Shown here one piece after another: positions 55,808 through 64,000 of a DNA stretch of 64,000 nt. The notes beneath the pieces are model-generated. The model was not told the origin of the DNA, searched no databases, and worked only from the letters and a program-made list of their open reading frames with translations. Both the position numbers and the translations under genes were made by a program. The stretch comes from Deltaproteobacteria bacterium. GTDB lineage: Bacteria; Myxococcota_A; Polyangia; Fen-1088. Position 1 is the first letter of the stretch, and each line of letters begins with the position of its first letter. The DNA is taken from assembly GCA_033763315.1 (NCBI GenBank), contig JANRKS010000001.1, positions 32,001 through 96,000 on the forward strand, given 5' to 3'.

Positions 55808-58007
55808 CGGCGGCGTTTGGCTTAAGCCGTTTGTATTGAAAAGCGAGCCACGCTTTTACATCGTGCGTGTAAAGGCGCGAGAACGGGCGCTCTGACGGGC
55901 CTCCCGCCAATATCGTCAGCGCTTCGTTTTGACTCATATCAGTGACGATTCGGTAAGACGGGGCGAAAGACGTTTCGCGGCCATACGATTTCATGATCGA
56001 TCCCTGCACGATTGTGGCGCGCACCCCAGGCAATTCAATGGGCCCATGATCAAGGCCCAGGAAGGCTGGCAATTGGCTGCCCAAAAGAATGTGCTTCATG
56101 CGTATGCGACGTTGGTGGCCCCATGTCACGCGCGGTTCATTGTCCAGCGCCGCAATGGTCGTGGCGACAATGCGTTTGAGCAAACCGTGGCGACCTTCGT
56201 CACCAAACCACGATTCATCCCCGTGCAATAACACATTGTCAAACAGCGCATAGTAGCTGCTGAGAATGTGCGTGGTTTCGCGGATGGCTTGCCACGCTTG
56301 CGCGCCGAACACGGGAGAAAACACCGCGTCCAGCAACGCACGGTAGATGGCTTCGAATACCGGCGCGCCATAGCTGCCCACGTTGTACCGCGCGTCCCAC
56401 GCCAGCAGATCTTGTCCGCGCCCCGCATGCGGCACGTAAGGGCGAATCACGTCTAGAAAATCGTGAGCCTGCAGGCTTTCGAGATCCGTTTGTATGCGCG
56501 TCATATCGTCGATGGAAAGCCGATCCACTTCGGCCAACAGCGCCTCAATGCGCCGCTTGCGGTATTCGCCACCGTGTAAGTTCACAGCGATGGGGCCACC
56601 TTCCACATTGTGCGCTCCATTGGCACTCACCAATGTCCCTGCCACAGGATCCGTCACGCGCACCAAAGCGGACGGCGGCTGCAACCCCTGCCACAGGTTT
56701 TCCGGGTGCCATGCGGGCAAAGGATAAACGCCCGAGTGCTGTCGCTTTGGAAAGAAGCCCGATTGTTGATAGCCGATGTGGCCGTCGCTGTCGGCAATGA
56801 TCCAATTGGCCGAAACGCTTACGCCGCTAAGAATGTCCTGTGTTTGCGCGACGCTTGCGCTTTGTTGCAAGCGCACGATGGCGTCCAACGATTGCGCGGC
56901 GCCTTTGTCGTGCGCGGAATAAGCCACGGCCAAGTGTAGGCCGTCGTTGCAATGGGTTGCGCCCGGCGGGGTTTCAATGAGGCCCACTGATGATCGAAAT
57001 ACGTTGACGGTAACGTCGGGCTCGCCTTTACGCTTGAGCACCTCCTGCGTGCACTGCAATGGCTCCCAGTGGCCGCCGCGGCGGCATTGGCCATCTTTGA
57101 TGTCTTCGATGAAGTAATCAATCATGTCCATGAAGCCGTAGGTGAAGCCATAAGACACGCGGCGTGTGCGACCCATCACCAAACCGGGCAATCCAGGAAT
57201 GCCAACGCCCATGCGATAGTCATTGCCCACGTGGCCAATGAACTCGTACCAGATGGCGGGCAAGCGGTTCACTTCAAGATGAGGATCATTGGCTTGCAAC
57301 GCGCCGCCGGTCTTCGAACGCGCCGCCGACACCGCCCAATTGTTGCTGGCCATCAGCCGTGGCAATGGCTGCAAGAACCGCACAGCCGCTGGCAATGTGC
57401 TGCCGTGTAAATTCGTGCGTTGCAAAAGCGCAATGATCGTTTCATCAAAGCCATCGAGGTGAGGCGAGAACAATTTGCGCAATCGTTCTGCGTTCACGCC
57501 ATTGGCCACGCTCTCAATGATCAGCTTCTCCACATCTTGCTGGCATTGGGCAAGACCGATGTACGTCATCATCTTGACCACCAGCAATGTGTGAAAGGGC
57601 TCCCACGCTTCGGGCGTATATCCTGCCAAACGAAATTCAAGCGGTCGGCCGCGTCGTGCAAGGCCAGCATTTACGCCGCGCACGTACGCAGCAAGAAGGG
57701 GGCGCGCCATATCGCTTACGTTCGCCACCTCATACCGCGCGGTGGCCGCAAAGCCTTGTTGGCGCATAAACGTATCGATGGCTAACGTTTCCTCATCTGC
57801 CTTCAAACATTCGCCCAGACGGCCCTCACCAATGAGGCGCATCATGCACAGTTGCACGCAGCGATCCCACGCATGAGCGAAGCCCAACGCGGTGGCCAAA
57901 GCCTCGTCATTATCGGCCCATAGCTGCATCACACCGTCAGCGTTGCGTGCCCATTGGAACGTAAAATGATCGACGTCGACGCGCGTGGGTTTGTTTGTGA
58001 CCTTCAC
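55794..58007 (-). CDS. Penicillin acylase family (Ntn hydrolase, S45)
   Basis: LGFAHAWDR, AYVRGVNA, nucleophile SNNWAV, ANDPHL, WYE. Confidence 0.88.
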   Translation of the reverse strand: MKVTNKPTRVDVDHFTFQWARNADGVMQLWADNDEALATALGFAHAWDRCVQLCMMRLIGEGRLGECLKADEETLAIDTFMRQQGFAATARYEVANVSDMARPLLAAYVRGVNAGLARRGRPLEFRLAGYTPEAWEPFHTLLVVKMMTYIGLAQCQQDVEKLIIESVANGVNAERLRKLFSPHLDGFDETIIALLQRTNLHGSTLPAAVRFLQPLPRLMASNNWAVSAARSKTGGALQANDPHLEVNRLPAIWYEFIGHVGNDYRMGVGIPGLPGLVMGRTRRVSYGFTYGFMDMIDYFIEDIKDGQCRRGGHWEPLQCTQEVLKRKGEPDVTVNVFRSSVGLIETPPGATHCNDGLHLAVAYSAHDKGAAQSLDAIVRLQQSASVAQTQDILSGVSVSANWIIADSDGHIGYQQSGFFPKRQHSGVYPLPAWHPENLWQGLQPPSALVRVTDPVAGTLVSANGAHNVEGGPIAVNLHGGEYRKRRIEALLAEVDRLSIDDMTRIQTDLESLQAHDFLDVIRPYVPHAGRGQDLLAWDARYNVGSYGAPVFEAIYRALLDAVFSPVFGAQAWQAIRETTHILSSYYALFDNVLLHGDESWFGDEGRHGLLKRIVATTIAALDNEPRVTWGHQRRIRMKHILLGSQLPAFLGLDHGPIELPGVRATIVQGSIMKSYGRETSFAPSYRIVTDMSQNEALTILAGGPSERPFSRLYTHDVKAWLAFQYKRLKPNAAVNDA

Positions 58008-58116
58008 GCGCGCATCTTAGGCTGCGAGCCTGCCGGAACGCCACTGCTGCGAGTTGTATGCAAGGCCAGTGCCTGGCAATGCTGAGGGTGCCGTGTAAGC
58101 TCCTGCTCAAGACAAC

Positions 58117-58659
58117 ATGACACCAAGAAAACCAGACATAAAAATATGGGTGGCATTGCTGCCCGCCTTGGGTTTTGGAGTGCCTGCTTGCTCATTGCTG
58201 ACCGTGCAGCAGCAGCCATTTGCACCTTTGCAAGTGAGCGTGGCGCGTCCGCCGGCCCCGCCACCACGGGTGGTACTCACAGCATCAAGCATCACCATCG
58301 CGGAGAAGATCCAGTTTGCACTTAACAGTGCGCAGATCCTGCCTGCGTCCGATAGCTTGTTGACTGAGATCGCGGGCGTGCTCAAAGACAACCCGCAAAT
58401 TGAGGTGGTGCAGGTGGAAGGCCACACCGACAGCACCGGCACGCCTGAGCACAACAAGAAGCTGTCACAACAGCGGGCCGAAAGCGTGAAGGCCGCGATG
58501 GTGGCCCGTGGCGTGCCGGCCAAGCGGCTTGTTCCCAAGGGCTTTGGTTTGGAAAAGCCCATTGCGGATAATGCCACGGACGAAGGCCGGGAAAAAAACC
58601 GCCGTGTTGAATTCAACATTGTGAAGCAAGGGCCTAAGAAAACCCTGGTTCAGGACTAA
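58117..58659 (+). CDS. OmpA-family peptidoglycan-binding lipoprotein
   Basis: Lipobox-like VPAC; VEGHTDSTG, NKKLSQQRA, NRRVEF. Confidence 0.88.
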   Translation: MTPRKPDIKIWVALLPALGFGVPACSLLTVQQQPFAPLQVSVARPPAPPPRVVLTASSITIAEKIQFALNSAQILPASDSLLTEIAGVLKDNPQIEVVQVEGHTDSTGTPEHNKKLSQQRAESVKAAMVARGVPAKRLVPKGFGLEKPIADNATDEGREKNRRVEFNIVKQGPKKTLVQD

Positions 58660-58669
58660 GGACACCGCC

Positions 58670-59047
58670 ATGACATCACAGAAGAGCATTTTATTGGGGT
58701 TGGTGACGGCGGCCTTTGTGCTTGGCTCCGGCTGCGCCGGCAGTGGTTTTGACAAAGCCGTGCGTACCGATGTGGAAAGCCGGATGACCACCGCGCAGCC
58801 CAAGTTTGGCGACTGCTATGCCGAAGCGCTGAAGCGTAACCGCAAAGCCACCGGGACGGTCGTTGTGTCGTTCGTGGCCAAAGCCAACAGCGGCAAGTTC
58901 GAGGACGTCAAAGTGGTGCGCAGCGACATCGGGGATCCGCAGCTGGATAAGTGCGTGATCGATCAAATCAGCGGCCTCACCCTGGAAAAGCCGGTGAAGA
59001 ACCAGGTGCTGGTGGAATACCCGATCGCCTTTTCAGCACACGATTGA
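58670..59047 (+). CDS. Small lipoprotein with AgmX/PglI (TonB C-terminal-like) domain
   Basis: Lipobox GSGC; CY..AL..N....G.V.V.F...C V...YPI.F pattern. Confidence 0.72.
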   Translation: MTSQKSILLGLVTAAFVLGSGCAGSGFDKAVRTDVESRMTTAQPKFGDCYAEALKRNRKATGTVVVSFVAKANSGKFEDVKVVRSDIGDPQLDKCVIDQISGLTLEKPVKNQVLVEYPIAFSAHD

Positions 59048-59060
59048 GCCGTGGCCAGAT

Positions 59061-59108
59061 AAAAGCGGGGCGCTTCGCATTTATGCGAGACGTCCCGCGC
59101 GTTTTTTT
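59061..59108 (+). terminator. Intrinsic terminator closing the OmpA/TonB-C pair
   Basis: GCGGGGCG..TCGCAT-TT-ATGCGA..CGTCCCGC hairpin followed by a T7 tract; AAAA on the 5' side. Confidence 0.8.
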
Positions 59109-59123
59109 GCATGATGCGTCCGT

Positions 59124-60032
59124 ATGTCAGTGACGCCCACGGTGCCATCGCCACCTATGACCATCGCCGTATTAGGAATGGGCATTATGGGCGCCCCGAT
59201 GGCCTCGCGTTTGGTTCGGGCCGGACATGACGTGGTGGTGTATTCGCGCACGAAAGCCAAGGCAGAGCCTGTGTTGGCTGCGGGCGCACGCTGGGCCGCG
59301 TCCGCGCGTGAGGCGGGGCGCCATCGGCAATTGGTGATCTCCATCGTCACCGATGGCCCCGACGTGGAGCAAGTGTTGTTGGGTGACGATGGCGCGGCCG
59401 CCGACGCCACGCCAGGAACCCTGTTTGCCGATATGAGCACGATCGCACCCGAGGCTGCGCGCCGTATTGGTGCCGCGCTCATGGCGCGGGGCCATCGCTT
59501 CATCGACGCACCGGTCACGGGCGGCGACATCGGCGCGCAGCAAGGTGCGCTTTCCATCCTCGTGGGCGGTGAGGCGGCCGACGTGCAAACCGCGCAACCC
59601 GCATTCGAGGTTTTGGGTCGTAGGATCACACACGCCGGCCCGGTAGGCGCAGGCGCCACGCTAAAGGCGTGCAACCAAATCATGGGCGCCGTGAATCTCT
59701 TGGGGGTATGTGAAGCGTTGGCGTTGGCCGATCGCAGTGGATTGGATCTTGCGCAGACTGTGCAAGCCCTAAGCTTGGGCGCAGCGGGTTCATGGGCGCT
59801 TCAGAACCTGGGGCCCAAAATCGTGGCTGGTGATTTTGCGCCTGGGTTCATGATCGATCTGCTGCAAAAAGATCTGCGCATCGTCAAAGGCGCCGCGCAT
59901 GCCTGTGGCTTGCCCGTGCCCGGCGTTGAGCTTGCACAACGGTTTTTTTCAGACAACCAAGCGCATGGTGAAGGCCGCCTTGGCACACATGCGATGTGGC
60001 ATGCATGGGAGCGTTTGCCGCGTGGAAGCTGA
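59124..60032 (+). CDS. NAD(P)-dependent oxidoreductase, 3-hydroxyisobutyrate dehydrogenase/tartronate semialdehyde reductase family
   Basis: LGMGIMGAPMA, DMSTI, DAPVTGG, KACNQ, FAPGF...KDL. Confidence 0.9.
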   Translation: MSVTPTVPSPPMTIAVLGMGIMGAPMASRLVRAGHDVVVYSRTKAKAEPVLAAGARWAASAREAGRHRQLVISIVTDGPDVEQVLLGDDGAAADATPGTLFADMSTIAPEAARRIGAALMARGHRFIDAPVTGGDIGAQQGALSILVGGEAADVQTAQPAFEVLGRRITHAGPVGAGATLKACNQIMGAVNLLGVCEALALADRSGLDLAQTVQALSLGAAGSWALQNLGPKIVAGDFAPGFMIDLLQKDLRIVKGAAHACGLPVPGVELAQRFFSDNQAHGEGRLGTHAMWHAWERLPRGS

Positions 60033-60675
60033 ACCCACAACGCTGGTGCTGGGCATCGATGAAGCGGGCCGCGGCCCGGCGCTTGGCCCCCTCGTGCTGG
60101 CGGCGGTGGCGCTTGAGCCTTCGGCCGCGCGCCGCCTGACCCGCGCGGGTGTCACGGATTCAAAGCGTTTCGGTGCCGGTGAAAAGGCGCATGACGCGCG
60201 CAAACAGTTATTGGGTTTGATTGAATCGGTGGCGTCGTTCATTGGCTATGCGGTTTGCGATGTGCAAACGGTGGACGAATATGTGTCGCGTGGCGCCCTC
60301 AATGAGCTTGAACGTGAGCACGCGCGTGAATTGATCGAACGCGCCCCCGCTGCCAAACGCATTGTGGCCGATGGCGCGCGCATGTTTTCACCATTGAAGA
60401 GTGAATACCCACAATTCGAGGCACACGATCAAGGCGAGTCAATGCACGCGGCCGTGGCCGCGGCCAGCATCTGCGCCAAAGTGCGCCGCGATGAACTCTT
60501 CGGCTGCATCGCCGCTCGGTATGCACACGATTTCGGGCAGCTGCGTGGTGGCGGGTATGTGAACAAAGGCACCTATGCTTTCACCCGCGTTTACTTCGAG
60601 CGCTTTGGGCACTTGCCACCTGAGGCGCGCCACAGTTGGCCTTGGGATGGCAGCCCTAAGTTGTTTCGGGTTTAA
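60022..60675 (+). CDS. rnhB: Ribonuclease HII
   Basis: GIDEAGRGPALGP, VTDSK, VADG, AAASICAKVRRD. Start set at GTG 60022. Confidence 0.88.
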   Translation: MEAEPTTLVLGIDEAGRGPALGPLVLAAVALEPSAARRLTRAGVTDSKRFGAGEKAHDARKQLLGLIESVASFIGYAVCDVQTVDEYVSRGALNELEREHARELIERAPAAKRIVADGARMFSPLKSEYPQFEAHDQGESMHAAVAAASICAKVRRDELFGCIAARYAHDFGQLRGGGYVNKGTYAFTRVYFERFGHLPPEARHSWPWDGSPKLFRV

Positions 60676-61682
60676 GCGGCCAGCACAATCAGCACTTCGC
60701 TCGTCACCGTGCGTTCGGCCCAACGGGCTTTGTAATCGAGGCCCGACGATCCGAGATCATAAAACAGCACATCGGCGGGCAAACGGCGCAGCATCTCGAA
60801 CTGGCACAAGTTCCCGAGCCCCAACGCACGATAGCTTTCGTTAAAACTGGCTTGCAGACCGCGGAATGTATCGCCGAACAGGCCGCCCAATAAGAAGGCC
60901 ACGTCCTTGTCGCCTTGCTTTGCAAACAGCACATGCAACGACTGGCGGCGTGTGAGCCGCGGTACCATATTGCGATAAAAGGCGCCGAATGAGCCCGCGG
61001 CAATGCCCACGTCGTCGCGCCCCTTCCACGACGTGCACTCGACGGCCTGCACACGCGCAAACAGCGCCAACGCTTCGTCCACGTCGGTTGGCCAGTGGTG
61101 CTCGAAGGTGAGCCCCGCCTTGCGTGCCTGCACCTGCGAGCGTTGCAGGCTCCGGCGAAAGTTGCTTGAGCGGCGGCTCAAGAAGCCTTCTTGGCCTCCC
61201 ACCAAGCTGGCCAGATGCCGCGCCGACTGCGCGTGGCGCAACACGCGAAAGCGCCTGCCCAAATGATGCGCGATGTTCATCAACAGCAGTGAACCGGTGG
61301 GCACCCCCGCCAGCAGGGTTAAATCCCAGTCTTGCCGCGTGCGTTCGAGTACATCGGCGAACCACTGCACAAGGTTGCTGGTGTCGCGTCCGATCAATGG
61401 GCACGCCAGCCCCCAACTGGATTCGAGCGGCTCCAGGTAACGGCCGCTGCCTGGATGTTCACCGCGCATAAACGCAAGCCAGCCCTGGGGGCCACGCGTG
61501 ATCGCCGGGGATCGCGGCGGCATCAATTCGATCGCGGCGGGCAGCACCCAAAACGAGGATGAACAAAACTGATCGATCTCGCTGGATGCCGCCACCTCCT
61601 CATCGAACGCGTCGGCGTTCTGATCAAGTTCCGATAGATCTAAACGCAGCTCTTGCGGTAGCAACCCGGAGCCTGGTTTCAT
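60672..61682 (-). CDS. GNAT family (CelD/BcsL-like) acetyltransferase
   Basis: FLSRRSSNFRRSL, SWKG, LGLG, YDLG..G.DYKARWA. Start at the ATGA overlap with asnB. Confidence 0.75.
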   Translation of the reverse strand: MKPGSGLLPQELRLDLSELDQNADAFDEEVAASSEIDQFCSSSFWVLPAAIELMPPRSPAITRGPQGWLAFMRGEHPGSGRYLEPLESSWGLACPLIGRDTSNLVQWFADVLERTRQDWDLTLLAGVPTGSLLLMNIAHHLGRRFRVLRHAQSARHLASLVGGQEGFLSRRSSNFRRSLQRSQVQARKAGLTFEHHWPTDVDEALALFARVQAVECTSWKGRDDVGIAAGSFGAFYRNMVPRLTRRQSLHVLFAKQGDKDVAFLLGGLFGDTFRGLQASFNESYRALGLGNLCQFEMLRRLPADVLFYDLGSSGLDYKARWAERTVTSEVLIVLAA

Positions 61683-63613
61683 GCGCTGGCTCCGGGCCCA
61701 AAAGCGGCGAGCCAACGCTCAAAGGAAAGTAGCGTCCACAAAGCTTTGCGCCAATCGCGTTGCCCTTGAGAATGTTCCCGTACCAACCGTTGCACAACGG
61801 CGGGGTTGAAAAAACCTTCACGCGTGAGTTTGTCCGGTGCAAGTTCGTCTTGCAGCATGCCTTGCAAGGGGCCCTTCATCCATGCCGCCACCGGCACGCC
61901 GAAGCCCTGCTTCTTGCGGTTGAGGATGTGTGGCGGCAACTTGCCGGCCAGCGCTTGCTTCAATACGAATTTGCTTATGCCTTTACGCGTTCGAAGGTTT
62001 GCAGGCAGCTGGCACGCAAAGCTGACGAGATCTGTGTCCAGAAACGGTGCCCGCACTTCGAGGCCCACGGCGCCCGACGCGCGGTCCACTTTCGTGTTCA
62101 CATCCCCTGGCAAATAAAAGCGCGCGTAGTGATCCATCAATCGATCGCGGGCTGTGCGGGCCAACGTCTCGTGCGCCCGCGCCTGCAGCGGCAAAAATGG
62201 ATCTTCGGGCGCGGCATGAAGCACATCAGGCGTCAGCAAGCCTTCCTGTTCTTCGGGCAAGAACGACGCCATCCAGCGTTGGTGCCGCGGTGGCCCCGCC
62301 ACAGCGCCACCGCGCAAAAACTGGTTCGCTTTGAAGTCGATGCTGAAATAGCCAGTGCGCGCGGGCAAAGCGGCCGCCGCCTTGCGAACAAGGCGCTGAA
62401 AGGGGGCTGGGGTGTGATCAAAGAACAATCGCCCCCAGCGGTCGGCGCCAAACGTGGGGTACCCTTCGAATAGTTCATCGCCGCCGTCACCGCCCAACGC
62501 CACCGCCACATGTTGCCGGGTGAACCGCGACAACAAGAACGTCGGCACGATGGACGCGTCCGCCAAAGGTTCGTCGATAAAGCGTGAGACTTCTGGCAAC
62601 ACGCGCAGCAACGCCGCCGCGTCTAAGATCTCTTCGTGGTGTTGGCAACCAAGATGCGCGGCCACCGCGCGCGCATGTTTTGATTCGTCGTAAGTGCGAT
62701 CGGAAAAGCCGATGGAGAATGTTGCAATGCCGCGGCCGCCACCCAGCAGCGCGTGCATGGCTGCCGCCACGGCCGATGAATCAATGCCGCCCGAAAGGAA
62801 CACGCCCAATGGCACGTCCGCCACCAAACGCCGCTCCACCGCGCGTGTAAGCAGCGCCCACAATGTCTCGGCCGCGGTTTGCACGTGCATGGCGCCCGGC
62901 TGCGCCACAAAGGGCAGATCCCAATAGCGCCACACGCGCGGCCTTACGTCGCTCGTGGGCGAAACGTCAACGCTCAAGCATTGCGCGGCGTCGAGTTTGC
63001 GCGCGCCGGTCACAATCGTCAGGGGTGGTGGCACATACTCGAAGGCAAGATATTGTCGAAGCGCTTGCGGGCACACGCTGCGGTCAAGCGAGGGCACCAA
63101 CAGCAACGCTTTGAGTTCCGAAGCAAAGGCCAACAAGGGCGGCGCCCCGTGGCGGGGTATCACCGCATAATACAGCGGCTTTTTGCCCATACGATCGCGC
63201 GCGGCAAACACGCTTTGGCTGCGTGCGTCCCACACCACGAACGCAAACATGCCGTCGATGCGATCGACCACTTTGTGGCCCCATTGCAGATAGGCGTGCA
63301 GCAGCACCTCGGTGTCTGAGCGCGACACGAAGGTGTGCCCAAGCCCCTGCAACTCCACGCGCAGATCCATGAAGTTGTAGATCTCGCCGTTGAACACAAT
63401 GTGCACGTTGTGTTCAGCGTTGGCCATAGGCTGTGCACCACCGGACGACAGATCAATGATCGTCAGCCGCCGGTGCCCAAGGCCCACGCCACCTTCGCGC
63501 CACAGCCCTTCGCCGTCAGGACCGCGGGGCGCCACCGCACGCGTCATGCGCTGTAAGAGCTGGGCATCAATGGGCGCGCCGGTTGGATCAACCAGCCCGG
63601 CGAAACCGCACAC
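61679..63613 (-). CDS. asnB: Asparagine synthase (glutamine-hydrolysing) family amidotransferase
   Basis: N-terminal CGFAG, RGPDG, GHRRL, FNGEIYN, RDRMGKKP, LSGGIDSS, GDGGDELF, EVRAPFLD. Confidence 0.93.
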   Translation of the reverse strand: MCGFAGLVDPTGAPIDAQLLQRMTRAVAPRGPDGEGLWREGGVGLGHRRLTIIDLSSGGAQPMANAEHNVHIVFNGEIYNFMDLRVELQGLGHTFVSRSDTEVLLHAYLQWGHKVVDRIDGMFAFVVWDARSQSVFAARDRMGKKPLYYAVIPRHGAPPLLAFASELKALLLVPSLDRSVCPQALRQYLAFEYVPPPLTIVTGARKLDAAQCLSVDVSPTSDVRPRVWRYWDLPFVAQPGAMHVQTAAETLWALLTRAVERRLVADVPLGVFLSGGIDSSAVAAAMHALLGGGRGIATFSIGFSDRTYDESKHARAVAAHLGCQHHEEILDAAALLRVLPEVSRFIDEPLADASIVPTFLLSRFTRQHVAVALGGDGGDELFEGYPTFGADRWGRLFFDHTPAPFQRLVRKAAAALPARTGYFSIDFKANQFLRGGAVAGPPRHQRWMASFLPEEQEGLLTPDVLHAAPEDPFLPLQARAHETLARTARDRLMDHYARFYLPGDVNTKVDRASGAVGLEVRAPFLDTDLVSFACQLPANLRTRKGISKFVLKQALAGKLPPHILNRKKQGFGVPVAAWMKGPLQGMLQDELAPDKLTREGFFNPAVVQRLVREHSQGQRDWRKALWTLLSFERWLAAFGPGASA

Positions 63614-63622
63614 GGGGCCCCC

Positions 63623-64000
63623 CTAGTTATCGATGGCCGGAGGGTTGAGCACCACGGGTGGTGGCTCATTGGCTACGACGTAATGGAAGCGCTCTTTGAA
63701 GTCTTCCACCGTCATGTTTGAGATCTTCGCGTATTTCTCAAGCTCGATGAAATGATCGAAGTCATCACGCCGCAATCGAATTTGATAGCGTCGCGAAATG
63801 CCGTAGCGGGTGGAATGAATATCCACCATGCGCACGCGCGTTTTGCCCGTGACAGGATCCAACATGCGCGCAAAAGGAATGGGAACGAAATGCCCGCCTT
63901 GCAATGAAACCATTGCGGCATTGCCGCCTTCGAACAAATACTTGGCCGCGCAATATCCCAAATCACGCGTGTACTCGATATCCGCGGGAATGGGATCGGC
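63623..64000 (-). CDS. Partial (C-terminal) phosphofructokinase, PPi-dependent type
   Basis: Frame open from the window edge: ADPIPADIEYTRDLGYCAAKYL...GKTRVRMVD, matching the C-terminus of Pfp-type enzymes. Confidence 0.75.
   Translation of the reverse strand, partial: ADPIPADIEYTRDLGYCAAKYLFEGGNAAMVSLQGGHFVPIPFARMLDPVTGKTRVRMVDIHSTRYGISRRYQIRLRRDDFDHFIELEKYAKISNMTVEDFKERFHYVVANEPPPVVLNPPAIDN

Noticed and set aside
1-64000. CRISPR array, tRNA/rRNA, IS, integrase, prophage, toxin-antitoxin, retron/RT
   Set aside because: No regularly spaced repeats, cloverleafs, or transposase/integrase/RT/phage motifs were recognised by eye; very short or divergent elements could have been missed.

Overview
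GC-rich (roughly 60-65% by eye), gene-dense bacterial chromosomal segment. Hanks-type kinases with PEGA-like domains, Cys/Gly-rich lipoproteins, an Oar-like TonB-dependent receptor and zinc-ribbon/GYF and AgmX/PglI-type domains point to Myxococcota (inference). About 53 CDS are supported; no rRNA, tRNA, CRISPR array, IS, integrase or prophage was recognised. In order: a Gld-like ABC transporter; a cluster of three Ser/Thr kinases with a secreted TPR protein and a beta-helix lipoprotein; a complete MoxR-DUF58-BatABCDE-type operon; a DUF5060/DUF4038 glycoside hydrolase; a sigma54 response regulator; astA; ssb; a lytic transglycosylase; malQ; the Oar-like receptor; an ABC-2 transporter; an amidase; tadA; a GH78 rhamnosidase; a dynamin-like GTPase; envelope-modification genes (GNATs, acyltransferase, GT2, asnB); rnhB; and a partial PPi-type phosphofructokinase. 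The best candidates for undescribed biology are: (1) a putative trans-envelope signalling cassette in which two membrane kinases end in the same T[IV]DPF[AV]P peptide just upstream of a secreted TPR protein; (2) an M48-like protein that has lost its zinc ligands and is translationally coupled to a dynamin-like protein; (3) an orphan cytochrome b-like protein that keeps only one heme-ligand pair; (4) an orphan membrane-fusion-like protein with a PqqD/RRE-like N-terminus; (5) an archaeal-type RNase HII; and (6) several structured leaders/UTRs. All family assignments are from motif recognition by eye; no database searches were run.
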